Shown: positions 27,860-37,804, numbered from the stretch's first letter. The stretch is DNA of 64,000 nucleotides from an uncultured SAR86 cluster bacterium (GCA_902557645.1 CACEAP010000004.1:80649-144648), one strand, 5' to 3'. Program-made: numbers and translations. The notes: generated by a model not told the origin, from the sequence alone.

Positions 27860-29620
27860 TTATTTGGATTTAGGGATCGTAAACCAGAATATTGATCCTT
27901 TAGGTTTATTTGAGGTAATGCCCACCTCTCCGTTTAAACTATTAATCAAATTCTTGACTATAGCTAATCCAAGGCCGCTACCTTTATTATCAGAGGCTCT
28001 TGCCGAAGCAGTTCTAAAAAATCTATCAAATATATACTCTTTATCTTCACTTGGTACACCTTCACCAGAATCACTTACCATAACCTTTATCATTTTACCT
28101 TGATCACGAGTGGAAATTTCAACACTGGAACCGGCTTCAGAATACTTATATGCATTATCACAAAGATTATTCATAACTCTTTCTAAAGCTTGAGAGTCTG
28201 CATACATGAGACCTGTATGCTTAGGATTAAAGTTAAGTGCAATTGATCTCTTTTTAGCAACACTTTTCATAGATACTAAAAAAGAATCCATGAATTCATT
28301 AAAATTAAGGTCTTTTATATTTAATTTAAGGTCCCCATATTCAATTCTAGAAAGATCAATAAGATCACTAACCATTGAGGATAGTCTTTCTGAATTATGT
28401 AATATAGCTTTAGCAAAAACCTTTGCATCTTTTTTGTTGTCAAGCGCGCCATCTAATAATGTTTCTGAATTTGCCATAATAACGCTTACAGGTGTCCTTA
28501 ATTCATGTGAGACGTTTGAAATAAAATCTCTACGCATTGAATTTAGTTGTCTTAATTGCGTAATATCGTGAACAACTAAAATATACTCTCCTGTTGTTTT
28601 TGATTGGTTCATAGAACCTAAAACCCATCTAGTAGATTTATCTTCTAACTCAATTTCAAATTCAATATCTGCTCTTTTTTTATTAGTAACCCTATTATAT
28701 AAATAGTTGATTGCTGGTATCTCTAGATTATTTATATTCTTTTCTTTTAAGGATTTAATATCTAATATAACTAGTGACTGTTCATTATTGTAAACAAATT
28801 CACCATCTTTATTAGTAACTAATATACCCTCGCCAAGATCATCTAATACCAATCCAAACTGATCACGCTGTTTTGCAATCATCTTTATCTGGTTTTTTAA
28901 GTTCTCAGAAATATGATAAATAGACCTAGCAACATCTCCAAATTCATCAACTCTTTGGGTGGGTAAGGCTTTAAGATTTCTTTTCTTAAAATCACTATCT
29001 GCTATTGTTGTAGCTGCATCTGCTAAACTTTCTATATTTGAATATAAATAATTTGTAGCAACGGCACTAGCAAATATAGATACTATAATTACAACAAGAA
29101 ATAATAAAAATAATGAAAGTTGCAGAGTACCTGTCGCAGTTTCTAAGTAGGTAAGTGGAACTGCTATTCTTATAATATTTGGATTATCTTTACTCTGATC
29201 TGTTATAGCAAAATATAATAAGTCTTCATTTAAGGTATCGCTATAACGCGATACCCAGCCTGAGCCATCTTTAAGTGCATTGATTACTTCAGCTCTATCG
29301 CCATGATTGTCAACTGATTTTATTTGATTAATATTAAGATCGGAATCTCCAATAACTTGGCCATTATTAAGAATAAATGTGACGCGTGAATTAGCGGCAG
29401 CTCCCAAATTATCTGCAGCTGCATCAGCTTCTGCTATATTTTTATAGTTATTTAAATTTTGCGCAGATGCTAAAAGAAGACCAGCCTGTTTTTCTAATTC
29501 ATTAACTATTTGTAATTCAAAAGCTCTAGTAAGATCACGCTCTGCGACAATATATGAAGTGACAATGCCTGATGATAATATAAGAAAAACTAAGAAAAAG
29601 ATTCGCGATCTGATGCCCAT
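27860..29620 (-). CDS. phoR: PhoR-like sensor histidine kinase with a large periplasmic domain
   Basis: Two TMs flank about 140 periplasmic residues. These are followed by HAMP, PAS, H-box SHELRTPVSVI and N/G boxes. It lies directly downstream of the phoB-like gene. Confidence 0.75.
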   Translation of the reverse strand: MGIRSRIFFLVFLILSSGIVTSYIVAERDLTRAFELQIVNELEKQAGLLLASAQNLNNYKNIAEADAAADNLGAAANSRVTFILNNGQVIGDSDLNINQIKSVDNHGDRAEVINALKDGSGWVSRYSDTLNEDLLYFAITDQSKDNPNIIRIAVPLTYLETATGTLQLSLFLLFLVVIIVSIFASAVATNYLYSNIESLADAATTIADSDFKKRNLKALPTQRVDEFGDVARSIYHISENLKNQIKMIAKQRDQFGLVLDDLGEGILVTNKDGEFVYNNEQSLVILDIKSLKEKNINNLEIPAINYLYNRVTNKKRADIEFEIELEDKSTRWVLGSMNQSKTTGEYILVVHDITQLRQLNSMRRDFISNVSHELRTPVSVIMANSETLLDGALDNKKDAKVFAKAILHNSERLSSMVSDLIDLSRIEYGDLKLNIKDLNFNEFMDSFLVSMKSVAKKRSIALNFNPKHTGLMYADSQALERVMNNLCDNAYKYSEAGSSVEISTRDQGKMIKVMVSDSGEGVPSEDKEYIFDRFFRTASARASDNKGSGLGLAIVKNLINSLNGEVGITSNKPKGSIFWFTIPKSK

Positions 29621-29624
29621 TTAG

Positions 29625-30329
29625 TTAATCAGGAATTCGAGAAAATTTATAACCAACACCTCTTATGGTTTGAACATATTTACCCATTGAACCAAGTTTT
29701 TCTCTTAACCTCTTAATGTGAGTATCCACGGTTCGAGTTGTAATATTGGAACTGTAACCCCACACATCTTCTAAAAGCTGATCTCTAGTTTGCACTCTAC
29801 CTCGCCTTTCAACCAATTGTCTTAATAGTTTAAATTCTAATGCTGTAAGAATAATTTCTTCATCATTTATGAAGATTTCATGAGATTCAATATTCATTTT
29901 TAGTGAACCAAAATTTCTATTAATTTCATGCGTCTGATTACTTAGATTTGATGTTTTAGTATTTCGTTTAAGGATTGCCTTAACTCTTAATATTAATTCT
30001 CTTACACTAAACGGTTTGGTCACATAATCATCAGCACCTAATTCAAATCCAACAACTTTATCAACCTCATCATCTTTTGCAGTAAGAATAAGAATGGGAA
30101 TTTCTTGGATCGTTGAGTTAGATTTAATTTGCCTACATAAATCTAAACCTGATCCATCAGGCAGCATAATATCAAGAAGAATAATTGAATAACTAGGATT
30201 CTCTAGAAAGGTATTTGCTTCCTCAATTGAGCCGCAGCTCTCAACTTTATAACCTTCTCTTGATAAATTATATTCAAGAGTTTTTCGTATATCTGGTTCG
30301 TCTTCGATAACAAGGACTTTATTTGACAT
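29625..30329 (-). CDS. phoB: PhoB-like OmpR-family response regulator
   Basis: Receiver domain (VLVIEDEPDIR…LLDIMLPDGSG…ADDYVTKPF) plus winged helix (TRTVDTHIKRLREKL…VRGVGYKF). Colinear with E. coli PhoB. Confidence 0.78.
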   Translation of the reverse strand: MSNKVLVIEDEPDIRKTLEYNLSREGYKVESCGSIEEANTFLENPSYSIILLDIMLPDGSGLDLCRQIKSNSTIQEIPILILTAKDDEVDKVVGFELGADDYVTKPFSVRELILRVKAILKRNTKTSNLSNQTHEINRNFGSLKMNIESHEIFINDEEIILTALEFKLLRQLVERRGRVQTRDQLLEDVWGYSSNITTRTVDTHIKRLREKLGSMGKYVQTIRGVGYKFSRIPD

Positions 30330-30381
30330 GATATATATATATTATAAGTTAGTCTTAATTTTAAGCTTAATGTTTAAAAAA

Positions 30382-32067
30382 TCAATCATTGGCAAATATT
30401 TTCCTCAATGATGGTTTATCAAATTTACCTGAAGCTATTTTAGGTAATGGATCTTTAAAAAATCTTACTTCATAAGGAATCTTAAAGGCTGCAATTTTTC
30501 CAGCTAAAAATTCTTGAATATCATCCTGAGATAATTCAACTCCTGGTTTTAAGTGCACAGCAGATGCAACAAGTTCACCAAGCCTTTCATCAGGAATACC
30601 AATAATACAGGCTTCTAAAACATCACTATGTTCGTAAATTGCTGCTTCTACCTCTATACAAGAAATATTTTCACCACCTCGAATAACTAGATCTTTTACC
30701 CTATCAACTATGTGCAGGAATGGGCCATCGAAATAACCCAAGTCCCCAGATTTAAACCAACCATCATCATTAAAAACTTCGGCAGTTGCCTCAGGATTTT
30801 TCCAATAGCCAACCATATTTCCAGGAGATTTAATAACAACTTCTCCGACTTCACCTTCTTTTAAAGTATTCCAGTTTTCATCAATAATATTAATATCAGT
30901 TAATGGAGGAACTGCGCGACCGCAACTAGATGGATATTGCAAATATTCATCACCGCCATTAAGAGTTCCTAATGCATTAGTCTCTGATAGGCCATAACCA
31001 ATGGATGGTCTTGCTTCAAATTGCTCATCCATTTGTTTTACATGTTCAGCAGGTCTCGCTGCCCCGCCACCACCAAGATCTTCTAATGAAGAAATATCAT
31101 ATTTTTCTCTTTCTGGATGACTAAGTATTTCCCAAGATTGGGTTGGCACTCCTGTAACATTTGTAATTTTTTCTTGTTCTATTAATTTTAAAGCTTCAGT
31201 TGCATCCCATTTTTTCATCATGACCATCTTTCTTCCAACAAGAATAGATATTAAAAATGATGAATGGCTTCCAGTTACATGAAATAAGGGAACACAATGC
31301 AAAACTGAAATAGCTTTTTTAGTCCCATCTGGATTTTCTCCAAGTCCACCAGCTGAATCGGACATTTGACCTCTAATAGATGAATAGCATGTCCAGCTAA
31401 ACAATGTAGCCAATACATTTCTATGCGAAGATAGAACGCCTTTTGGAAAACCAGTAGAGCCTGAGGTATAGAATAAAGTTGCGTTATCATTATTTAAAAT
31501 TTCAACCTCTGGCCATTCAAAAGAATGATTATTAATAAAAGTATTAAAGTCTTGATAATCTGAATCCATTTCAGGTCTGACAATTACCTTAGTTACATTA
31601 GAATTTTTTTCTAAACCTATAAGACGTTTTTCATCAGCAATTAGTACTTTCGCATCACAATGATCCAGCCCATAAGATACTTCTGATGGAACCCACCATG
31701 AATTTAAAGGTACAACTACAGCGCCCATCCCAGTAATAGCCATAAATGACATTATGTATTCAGGATTATTCATCATGCATATAGCAACTCTATCGCCCTT
31801 TTGTACTCCTGCTGCTTGTAAAGCATTCGCAGTTTGGGCTGCTTTGTTAAATACCTCTTTATAGGTATAACGCTCATCTTCATAGACTAACCAATCTTCT
31901 TCAGGATGCAGTAATCCAAAATCATAATAACCTCTTAAGGTCTTTGGGATTCCAGGATTACAAAATTCTCTATAGGTTACTCCATTGGCATCTGTAACTT
32001 CTTCCCATTCAAATAGTTGGCCAGGTGCTGTATGAGCATTTAGCAATTCTTGATATTGATCTGTCAT
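30382..32067 (-). CDS. AMP-dependent acyl-CoA synthetase/ligase
   Basis: AMP-binding motif LFYTSGSTGFPKGV, along with …GDLGYFD… and a C-terminal …SGKFDKP. Confidence 0.88.
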   Translation of the reverse strand: MTDQYQELLNAHTAPGQLFEWEEVTDANGVTYREFCNPGIPKTLRGYYDFGLLHPEEDWLVYEDERYTYKEVFNKAAQTANALQAAGVQKGDRVAICMMNNPEYIMSFMAITGMGAVVVPLNSWWVPSEVSYGLDHCDAKVLIADEKRLIGLEKNSNVTKVIVRPEMDSDYQDFNTFINNHSFEWPEVEILNNDNATLFYTSGSTGFPKGVLSSHRNVLATLFSWTCYSSIRGQMSDSAGGLGENPDGTKKAISVLHCVPLFHVTGSHSSFLISILVGRKMVMMKKWDATEALKLIEQEKITNVTGVPTQSWEILSHPEREKYDISSLEDLGGGGAARPAEHVKQMDEQFEARPSIGYGLSETNALGTLNGGDEYLQYPSSCGRAVPPLTDINIIDENWNTLKEGEVGEVVIKSPGNMVGYWKNPEATAEVFNDDGWFKSGDLGYFDGPFLHIVDRVKDLVIRGGENISCIEVEAAIYEHSDVLEACIIGIPDERLGELVASAVHLKPGVELSQDDIQEFLAGKIAAFKIPYEVRFFKDPLPKIASGKFDKPSLRKIFAND

Positions 32068-32218
32068 AATCCAAACTCTCCCTAATAGATATCAACAAAA
32101 ATTATTTTACTACGAAATTAAATAAAGATTCTATTAGCACAAAATGAAATTGTCATACTTATCAAAATATAGTAATTTGGATACTTAATATATAAATAAA
32201 ATATAGGTAAAAAGTATC

Positions 32219-33850
32219 ATGACAATTAATTATTCATTGCGACACTTTGCAAATATCTTTGAGCAAAATGCTGATTTGCTGCCAGATAACCCAGCTGCTA
32301 TATGCGGAGATTCAACTTTATCATGGAAAGAGTATGATCAAGAAGCTGCCAAAGTAGCTCAATTTTTATCTGATAATGGTGTCGGAGAAGATTCAAAAGT
32401 AGGTCTATATCTGCATAATTCGAATCAATATTTAGTTGCTCACTATGCAGCATTTAAAGTTATGGGGGTGCCTATTAATGTAAATTATCGCTACCAAGCC
32501 AATGAACTAATTTATCTTTTAGACAATTCTGACTCTGAGGCTGTCTTTTATCAGGGTTGTTATGCAAATCAAATAAAAAAAATACGTGATGAATTACCTA
32601 AGGTAAAAGCTTGGATTCAGTATGATGATGGAACTCCTTTACTTGAAGGCTCTCATGCTTATCAAGATGTGATAAATAATACAGCGCCAATGCCTAGAAT
32701 TGAGAGAAATGAAGACAATATTTATATGCTCTATACAGGTGGTACCACAGGTATGCCAAAAGGTGTCATGTATACTCATGGCGGCTTTGTAAATTCAATG
32801 TTAAAGACACTTAAAGGTATGGGGGTAGATGTTCCCGAAGATTTAGCAGATATAAAAAATACTATTCTAAATCTTCATGAAGCTGGGCAGCTCTCTAAAA
32901 GTTTTGTTGCTTGTCCACTTATGCATGGCACTGGTATGTGGCTTGGAGGTTTTCTTTCTCATCTACTTGGAGGTTGTGTTGTTACAACACCCAATCTAGG
33001 TCTTGATACTAAATTGTTATGGGAAGAAGTTGAAAGAGTTGGTGTGACGAATATTATTATTGTTGGTGACTCTTTTGCTAAACCTATGGTGCAAGAACTT
33101 GATAGAAGGGTAAAAGAAAATAATCCATACAATTTAAGTACCTTAAAACTAATCTATTCTAGTGGGGTTATGTTTAGTGCTGATGTTAAGGCTTCTTTAT
33201 TAGCACATCATGATATGGTTATTATGGATGCCATGGGCTCTAGTGAAGGCGGTATGGGCTCTTCAGTAACCACTCGAGAAGATGCTGCAGGAACTGCAAA
33301 ATTTAGACTTAATCCTGGAGTGGTTGTAGTAAGTGATGATGGCAAAGAAGTTGAGCCTGGATCAGGGGTTAGAGGTTTAATTGGCACAAGCGGACTTGTT
33401 CCTGAGGGTTACTATAAAGATAAAGAAAAATCAGATGCTACTTTTAAAGAGTTTAATGGTACCCGCTATTCTTTCCCTGGAGACTATGCATTAGTTGAAG
33501 CAGATGGAACTATTACTTTATTAGGCAGAGGTAGTAATTGCATAAATTCTGCAGGTGAAAAAATATATCCAGAAGAAGTAGAGGAAGCACTTAAGCTTAA
33601 TGAAAATATATATGATTCTTTAGTTGTTGGATTACCTGATGAAAAGTTTGGTAATAAAGTTGTTGCCGTTGTATCTCTTACAGAGAATGGAGATATTAAC
33701 GAAGTAGATTTAATAAGCGCAACTCGTGAACACTTATCAGGTTATAAACTCCCTAAATCAGTTATTTTTGTGCCTGAAGTTATGCGAGCACCAAATGGAA
33801 AAGCTGATTATAAATGGGCTAAAACAACTGCAGAAACTGAATTACTTTAA
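32219..33850 (+). CDS. AMP-dependent acyl-CoA synthetase/ligase
   Basis: MLYTGGTTGMPKGV together with YSFPGDYA and a C-terminal PNGKADYKWAK. Confidence 0.88.
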   Translation: MTINYSLRHFANIFEQNADLLPDNPAAICGDSTLSWKEYDQEAAKVAQFLSDNGVGEDSKVGLYLHNSNQYLVAHYAAFKVMGVPINVNYRYQANELIYLLDNSDSEAVFYQGCYANQIKKIRDELPKVKAWIQYDDGTPLLEGSHAYQDVINNTAPMPRIERNEDNIYMLYTGGTTGMPKGVMYTHGGFVNSMLKTLKGMGVDVPEDLADIKNTILNLHEAGQLSKSFVACPLMHGTGMWLGGFLSHLLGGCVVTTPNLGLDTKLLWEEVERVGVTNIIIVGDSFAKPMVQELDRRVKENNPYNLSTLKLIYSSGVMFSADVKASLLAHHDMVIMDAMGSSEGGMGSSVTTREDAAGTAKFRLNPGVVVVSDDGKEVEPGSGVRGLIGTSGLVPEGYYKDKEKSDATFKEFNGTRYSFPGDYALVEADGTITLLGRGSNCINSAGEKIYPEEVEEALKLNENIYDSLVVGLPDEKFGNKVVAVVSLTENGDINEVDLISATREHLSGYKLPKSVIFVPEVMRAPNGKADYKWAKTTAETELL

Positions 33851-35574
33851 TGTATAAAAATTTTAAACTCCTTATTGTTCTATGTAGCTTTTCATATAAT
33901 GCTTTTGCTCAAGATTTCATCTTAAATCCTAGTTCAATAACCCATCCAGTTGTTGCCAGTAAAGGCATGGTTGCAACGCAGCATTATCTTGCTTCAAAGG
34001 TTGGTGAAGATATCTTAAATCAAGGTGGAAATGCCTATGATGCTGCAGTAGCTGTTGGATTTGCATTAGCAGTTGTACTTCCTCGAGCAGGAAATATTGG
34101 TGGCGGTGGTTTTATGGTGATGCATGATGCAAAAAGTAATGAAGCTTTTTCAATTGATTACAGAGAAAAAGCACCGCTTAAAGCTTCAAGAGATATGTAT
34201 TTAAATGATGACGGATCAGTTAATTCATTAAGATCTACAGTTGGCTATCTAGCTATAGGTGTTCCAGGTTCTGTATATGGCATGTGGGAGGTTCATAAAA
34301 AATTTGGCTCTATGGAATGGGCTGAGTTACTTCAGCCTGCAATAAAACTTGCTAGTGAAGGTTTTGTAATGAGTCAATATATGACTATGACGCTTAATAG
34401 TCGTTATAAAAAACTTTCACAATTTCCTGAAACCAAAGATATTTTTTATAAAGATTATCCTATTGAATTTAATAATGTTCTTATTCAAGCAGATTTAGCG
34501 CAAACTTTGACATTGATAGCTCAAAATGGGGTAGCAGGTTTTTATGAAGGTGAAGTTGCTGACAAAATTGTTAATGCAATGGAAAAAAATGGCGGGCTAA
34601 TATCACATAGAGATTTAAAAAAATATCGTCCAAATTGGAGAAAGCCTTTACGTTCAAACTATAAAGAAATGAATATCATCACCATGGGTCCACCCTCATC
34701 TGGCGGGATACACCTTATTCAGATGTTAAATATTCTTGAAAATTATAATTTAAAATCTTTTGGGCATAATAATCCAAGATATGTTGCTCTTTTAGCAGAG
34801 GTTATGAAATTTGCATATGCTGATAGATCAAAATACTTGGGAGATCCAGATTTTTATAAAGTTCCTGTAGAAGAACTCACCAGTAAAGAATATGCAACAG
34901 CAATAAATCAGAAACTTCGACTGTTTGAATTTATGATTCCTTCACCACTTCCTTCATCATCCATAGAGCCTGGTGAATATATGAGAAAGGAAAGTGAAGA
35001 AACGACTCATTATTCAATCGCTGATCAATATGGCAATATAATTTCCAACACCTATACTTTAAATTCGGCATTTGGTTCCGGCGTCACAATTGAGGGCACT
35101 GGTATTCTAATGAATAATGAGATGGATGATTTTTCAGCTTCGCCAGGGACGCCTAATCAGTTTGGTCTATTAGGTGGAGAGGCAAACAAAATTGTTCCTG
35201 AAAAAAGACCTTTAAGCTCGATGACTCCAACAATAGTTTTAAAAGATGGTCAGCCTTATTTTGCTACAGGCTCTCCTGGAGGATCAAGAATTATTACTAG
35301 TGTGCTGCAATCAATCTTAAATATAGTTGAATTTGAATTTGAGGTATCTGATGCAATCTTAGCTCCGCGAATTCATCATCAATGGTATCCAGATGTACTG
35401 CAATTAGAAAAATCATACAATTCACAACATGCAGAAGCATTAACTAATAAAGGTTATGAAATTATGAAGATAAATCCTGCAACAGCATTACAAATTGTTA
35501 TGATGAAGAATAATTATTACTATGGATTTGGTGATACTAGAAGACCAGACTCATTAGCAATTGGAGTAAATTAA
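33850..35574 (+). CDS. ggt: gamma-glutamyltranspeptidase
   Basis: Signal peptide, the autoprocessing/catalytic Thr context ESEETTHYSIAD, and GSPGGSRI near the C-terminus. Confidence 0.92.
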   Translation: MYKNFKLLIVLCSFSYNAFAQDFILNPSSITHPVVASKGMVATQHYLASKVGEDILNQGGNAYDAAVAVGFALAVVLPRAGNIGGGGFMVMHDAKSNEAFSIDYREKAPLKASRDMYLNDDGSVNSLRSTVGYLAIGVPGSVYGMWEVHKKFGSMEWAELLQPAIKLASEGFVMSQYMTMTLNSRYKKLSQFPETKDIFYKDYPIEFNNVLIQADLAQTLTLIAQNGVAGFYEGEVADKIVNAMEKNGGLISHRDLKKYRPNWRKPLRSNYKEMNIITMGPPSSGGIHLIQMLNILENYNLKSFGHNNPRYVALLAEVMKFAYADRSKYLGDPDFYKVPVEELTSKEYATAINQKLRLFEFMIPSPLPSSSIEPGEYMRKESEETTHYSIADQYGNIISNTYTLNSAFGSGVTIEGTGILMNNEMDDFSASPGTPNQFGLLGGEANKIVPEKRPLSSMTPTIVLKDGQPYFATGSPGGSRIITSVLQSILNIVEFEFEVSDAILAPRIHHQWYPDVLQLEKSYNSQHAEALTNKGYEIMKINPATALQIVMMKNNYYYGFGDTRRPDSLAIGVN

Positions 35575-35680
35575 ATGTTAGATAAATTATTGGTTATCAG
35601 TGCTTATGCTATTCCAGCTCTTATGCTCTTATTATTTTGTTTCAAGATATCAAAAAAATAAAAATACTTTTTAAAAATTA

Positions 35681-36427
35681 ATGCTCTATTTAGTTCTTGT
35701 AGGAATTTTTGGTGCCTGTATGGGAAGCTTTACTTCTATGCTTTTGCACAGACTTCCCAAAATGAAAGATGACGAATCAGTAAATTTATTCTACCCAAGT
35801 TCCTCATGTCCAGATTGTAAAAATAAATTAAGTGTTTCAGCATTAATACCTATTTTTAGCTATCTATGGCAAAAAGGTGTTTGTAAATTTTGTAAAAAAT
35901 CTATTAGCTCTTTCTATTTAATCAATGAAATAATTCATTGTTGTGTTGTTTTATTAATAGCGTTATATGTTGGAATAAATGTTGAAGGCTTGTTGTACTA
36001 CTTTATATTTTTTATTTTATATATTCTTTTTTTTCTAGATTATAAGTACTTATATTTACCTTTTTATCTTAATCTTACTCTCATCCCTTTAGGCATCTTA
36101 ATTAATTATTTATTCAATACTTTTACAACTTTATATTTATCTATTGGTGGAATGATAATTGGATATAGTCTTTTGTGGATGGTGAATGCAATCTATAAAG
36201 CTGTTAGGTCTAAAAATGGCATTGGTGGTGGAGATTTTATTCTTCTTGCCGGTCTTGGAAGTGTATTTGGAATAATGGCTCTTGGGCCAATTATTTTTCT
36301 CGGTTCAAGCATCTCAATCATAATTTATTTACTCACTAACAAATCTCCAAACGAGGAGATACCATTTGGGTCTGGTTTAATAATAGGGTCAATAATATTT
36401 AATCTTTTAAAAATATTTATAAATTAA
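35681..36427 (+). CDS. prepilin peptidase (A24 family, GspO/PilD)
   Basis: CPDC…CKFC zinc cluster, the GGGDFILLAGLG catalytic Asp motif, and multiple TMs. It lies about 8 kb from the gsp operon. Confidence 0.88.
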   Translation: MLYLVLVGIFGACMGSFTSMLLHRLPKMKDDESVNLFYPSSSCPDCKNKLSVSALIPIFSYLWQKGVCKFCKKSISSFYLINEIIHCCVVLLIALYVGINVEGLLYYFIFFILYILFFLDYKYLYLPFYLNLTLIPLGILINYLFNTFTTLYLSIGGMIIGYSLLWMVNAIYKAVRSKNGIGGGDFILLAGLGSVFGIMALGPIIFLGSSISIIIYLLTNKSPNEEIPFGSGLIIGSIIFNLLKIFIN

Positions 36428-36530
36428 TTCCTTAGGACTGAACTTTTTATAAACACCTCTGTCTATATATATGTTGGTAATGTTATCTCCTCTTACATGT
36501 TGATAAGTTTCCCCTTTAACCAACAAAAAA

Positions 36531-36556
36531 AGCGGGCTCATTGCCCGCTTTTTTTT
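36531..36556 (+). terminator. Rho-independent terminator about 100 nt after the prepilin peptidase stop
   Basis: AGCGGGC-tcatt-GCCCGCT followed by TTTTTTTT. Confidence 0.8.
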
Positions 36557-36644
36557 GAAACTGCTAAAAACTATACATAATTAATTAATTAAAAAATCTA
36601 AATAATGTTATGTTATTAAGTAACTTAATTTATTGGAGAGAAAT

Positions 36645-37415
36645 ATGAAAAAAATAAGTTTATCTTTTATGGCGCTTCTAGCTTTAGCTGCCTGTAATTC
36701 ATCAATGGATGATGAAGTTGCAGTTGCTAGAGAAGGTTCACCGGCTAATGAGGTGGTTGAGTATGTTTGGCACTATGAAGGACCTGATTTTAGCCAAGAA
36801 AATCTAGATATGTTGGTTGATAAATGGAACTCAATGATTGATGCAAGAGGTTATGAGATGAATGGAGCAAATATCCTTACTCCTCGTGGAGAATCTAATG
36901 CAGATTTTATTTGGGTAATGCTTTGGCCTTCCATGGAAGCAAGAGACGCGGCATGGACTGACTGGATGGAGAGTGTCGATAGCGAATGGCAAGAAGCTAT
37001 CGATGGAATAATGAGTGTTGATTTTGATAATGTTTATGCATTTAAACCAACCGTTCAAAGAAATGCATCCGTTCCAAATCAAAGTAGCACATTTGAAAAT
37101 GAATTTAATTTCTGTAATTTCAACGAAGGTTATGATGAAAATGATCTTGCAGCATTTGAAATGGATTTTGCTAATTTTCTTGATGAAACTGAGGCAAGGG
37201 ATGGTCCTGATGGATTCTGGTATGTCATGCTTGAACCTTATTTTGAAGGAACTGAAGACAATCCTTTAGTAGATTATGTATGGTTAAGTCTTTGGACTGA
37301 TATGGATGAAAAGAATACAGGTTACCAAAATTATGGTTCTACAAGTTTGCCTATGGAAGCAGATAATTTTAGTACATGTCAAAGATTTTCTTTTTCAGGA
37401 AAAGCTATAAGATAA
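36645..37415 (+). CDS. acidic Trp-rich lipoprotein with two homologous about 110-aa modules, unknown function
   Basis: Lipobox LALAAC after MKKISLSF. The SD GGAGAG precedes the ATG at 36645. Modules share DFIWVMLWPSMEARD / DYVWLSLWTDMDEKN. Confidence 0.7.
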   Translation: MKKISLSFMALLALAACNSSMDDEVAVAREGSPANEVVEYVWHYEGPDFSQENLDMLVDKWNSMIDARGYEMNGANILTPRGESNADFIWVMLWPSMEARDAAWTDWMESVDSEWQEAIDGIMSVDFDNVYAFKPTVQRNASVPNQSSTFENEFNFCNFNEGYDENDLAAFEMDFANFLDETEARDGPDGFWYVMLEPYFEGTEDNPLVDYVWLSLWTDMDEKNTGYQNYGSTSLPMEADNFSTCQRFSFSGKAIR

Positions 37416-37434
37416 TAGTTATATGATTATAAAA

Positions 37435-37459
37435 AACGGGCTTTTAGCCCGTTTTTTTT
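37435..37459 (+). terminator. Rho-independent terminator of the lipoprotein gene
   Basis: AACGGGC-tttta-GCCCGTT followed by TTTTTT. Confidence 0.8.
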
Positions 37460-37473
37460 AATAAAATTTAGGC

Positions 37474-37693
37474 AAAAAAAAACAGAGCTAAGCTCTGTTT
37501 CTTCAGTTCGAGTTCCTTAGGGGTCCGAAGTGAGATTCTCTTCAGCTCCTCGGATTCTTTCTCTTGAATCCTTGGTGGGTTTCTAAGCTCTTTTTTATCG
37601 TCGACTCTTAGATACGCTTTCACCCTTAGGTCTCTTTCTGCTTTTTCTCTCTAACTCCCGTCTGCAGTTGTTTGTTAGTCGGATCAGCAGGTA
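37474..37693 (-). ncRNA. candidate orphan small RNA (about 215 nt, purine-rich, GC-enriched); identity unknown
   Basis: Bounded by its own promoter (37700-37727) and its own terminator (minus strand: CAGAGC-tta-GCTCTG followed by T9, at 37474-37499). It has no ATG and no SD-linked start. It contains the hairpin GGATTC-n8-GAATCC and several A(N)GGA-type motifs. Confidence 0.4.
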
Positions 37694-37699
37694 AAGTTA

Positions 37700-37727
37700 A
37701 TATTACGGGAATTTTATATCTTGTCAA
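37700..37727 (-). promoter_or_regulatory. near-consensus sigma70 promoter of the candidate sRNA
   Basis: The minus strand reads TTGACA (37727-37722), a 16-nt spacer, then TAATAT (37705-37700). Confidence 0.5.
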
Positions 37728-37804
37728 CACTTTATTTAAAAAAAATTAAATTAATTTACCTTTTTTTAAAATATGGTTTAATTAACTAATAAATAGGGAG
37801 CATA

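Noticed and set aside
30330-30381. A Pho box upstream of the phoB-like gene (autoregulation).
   Set aside because: Only 52 nt of very AT-rich sequence is available. It has a TATAAT but no convincing 7+4+7 TGTCA-type repeat.
35575-35661. A 28-codon hydrophobic ORF (MLDKLLVISAYAIPALMLLLFCFKISKK) abutting the ggt stop.
   Set aside because: It has no SD or promoter of its own, it is very short and there is no supporting signal. It could be real through TAAATG coupling, but that is unsupported.
37474-37660. An open reading frame of about 60 codons (…VKAYLRVDDKKELRNPPRIQEKESEELKRISLRTPKELELKKQSLALFFFA*) on the minus strand of the candidate sRNA.
   Set aside because: It has no ATG. The only GTG abuts the SD-like AAGG with no spacing. 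The frame runs through the terminator hairpin and the T-run. Purine-rich sequence is expected to lack stop codons by chance.
37474-37693. Identity of the orphan RNA as 6S RNA, tmRNA, RNase P RNA or SRP RNA.
   Set aside because: None of the conserved core sequences I know for those RNAs is present. The strong purine bias also precludes the long self-complementary 6S helix.
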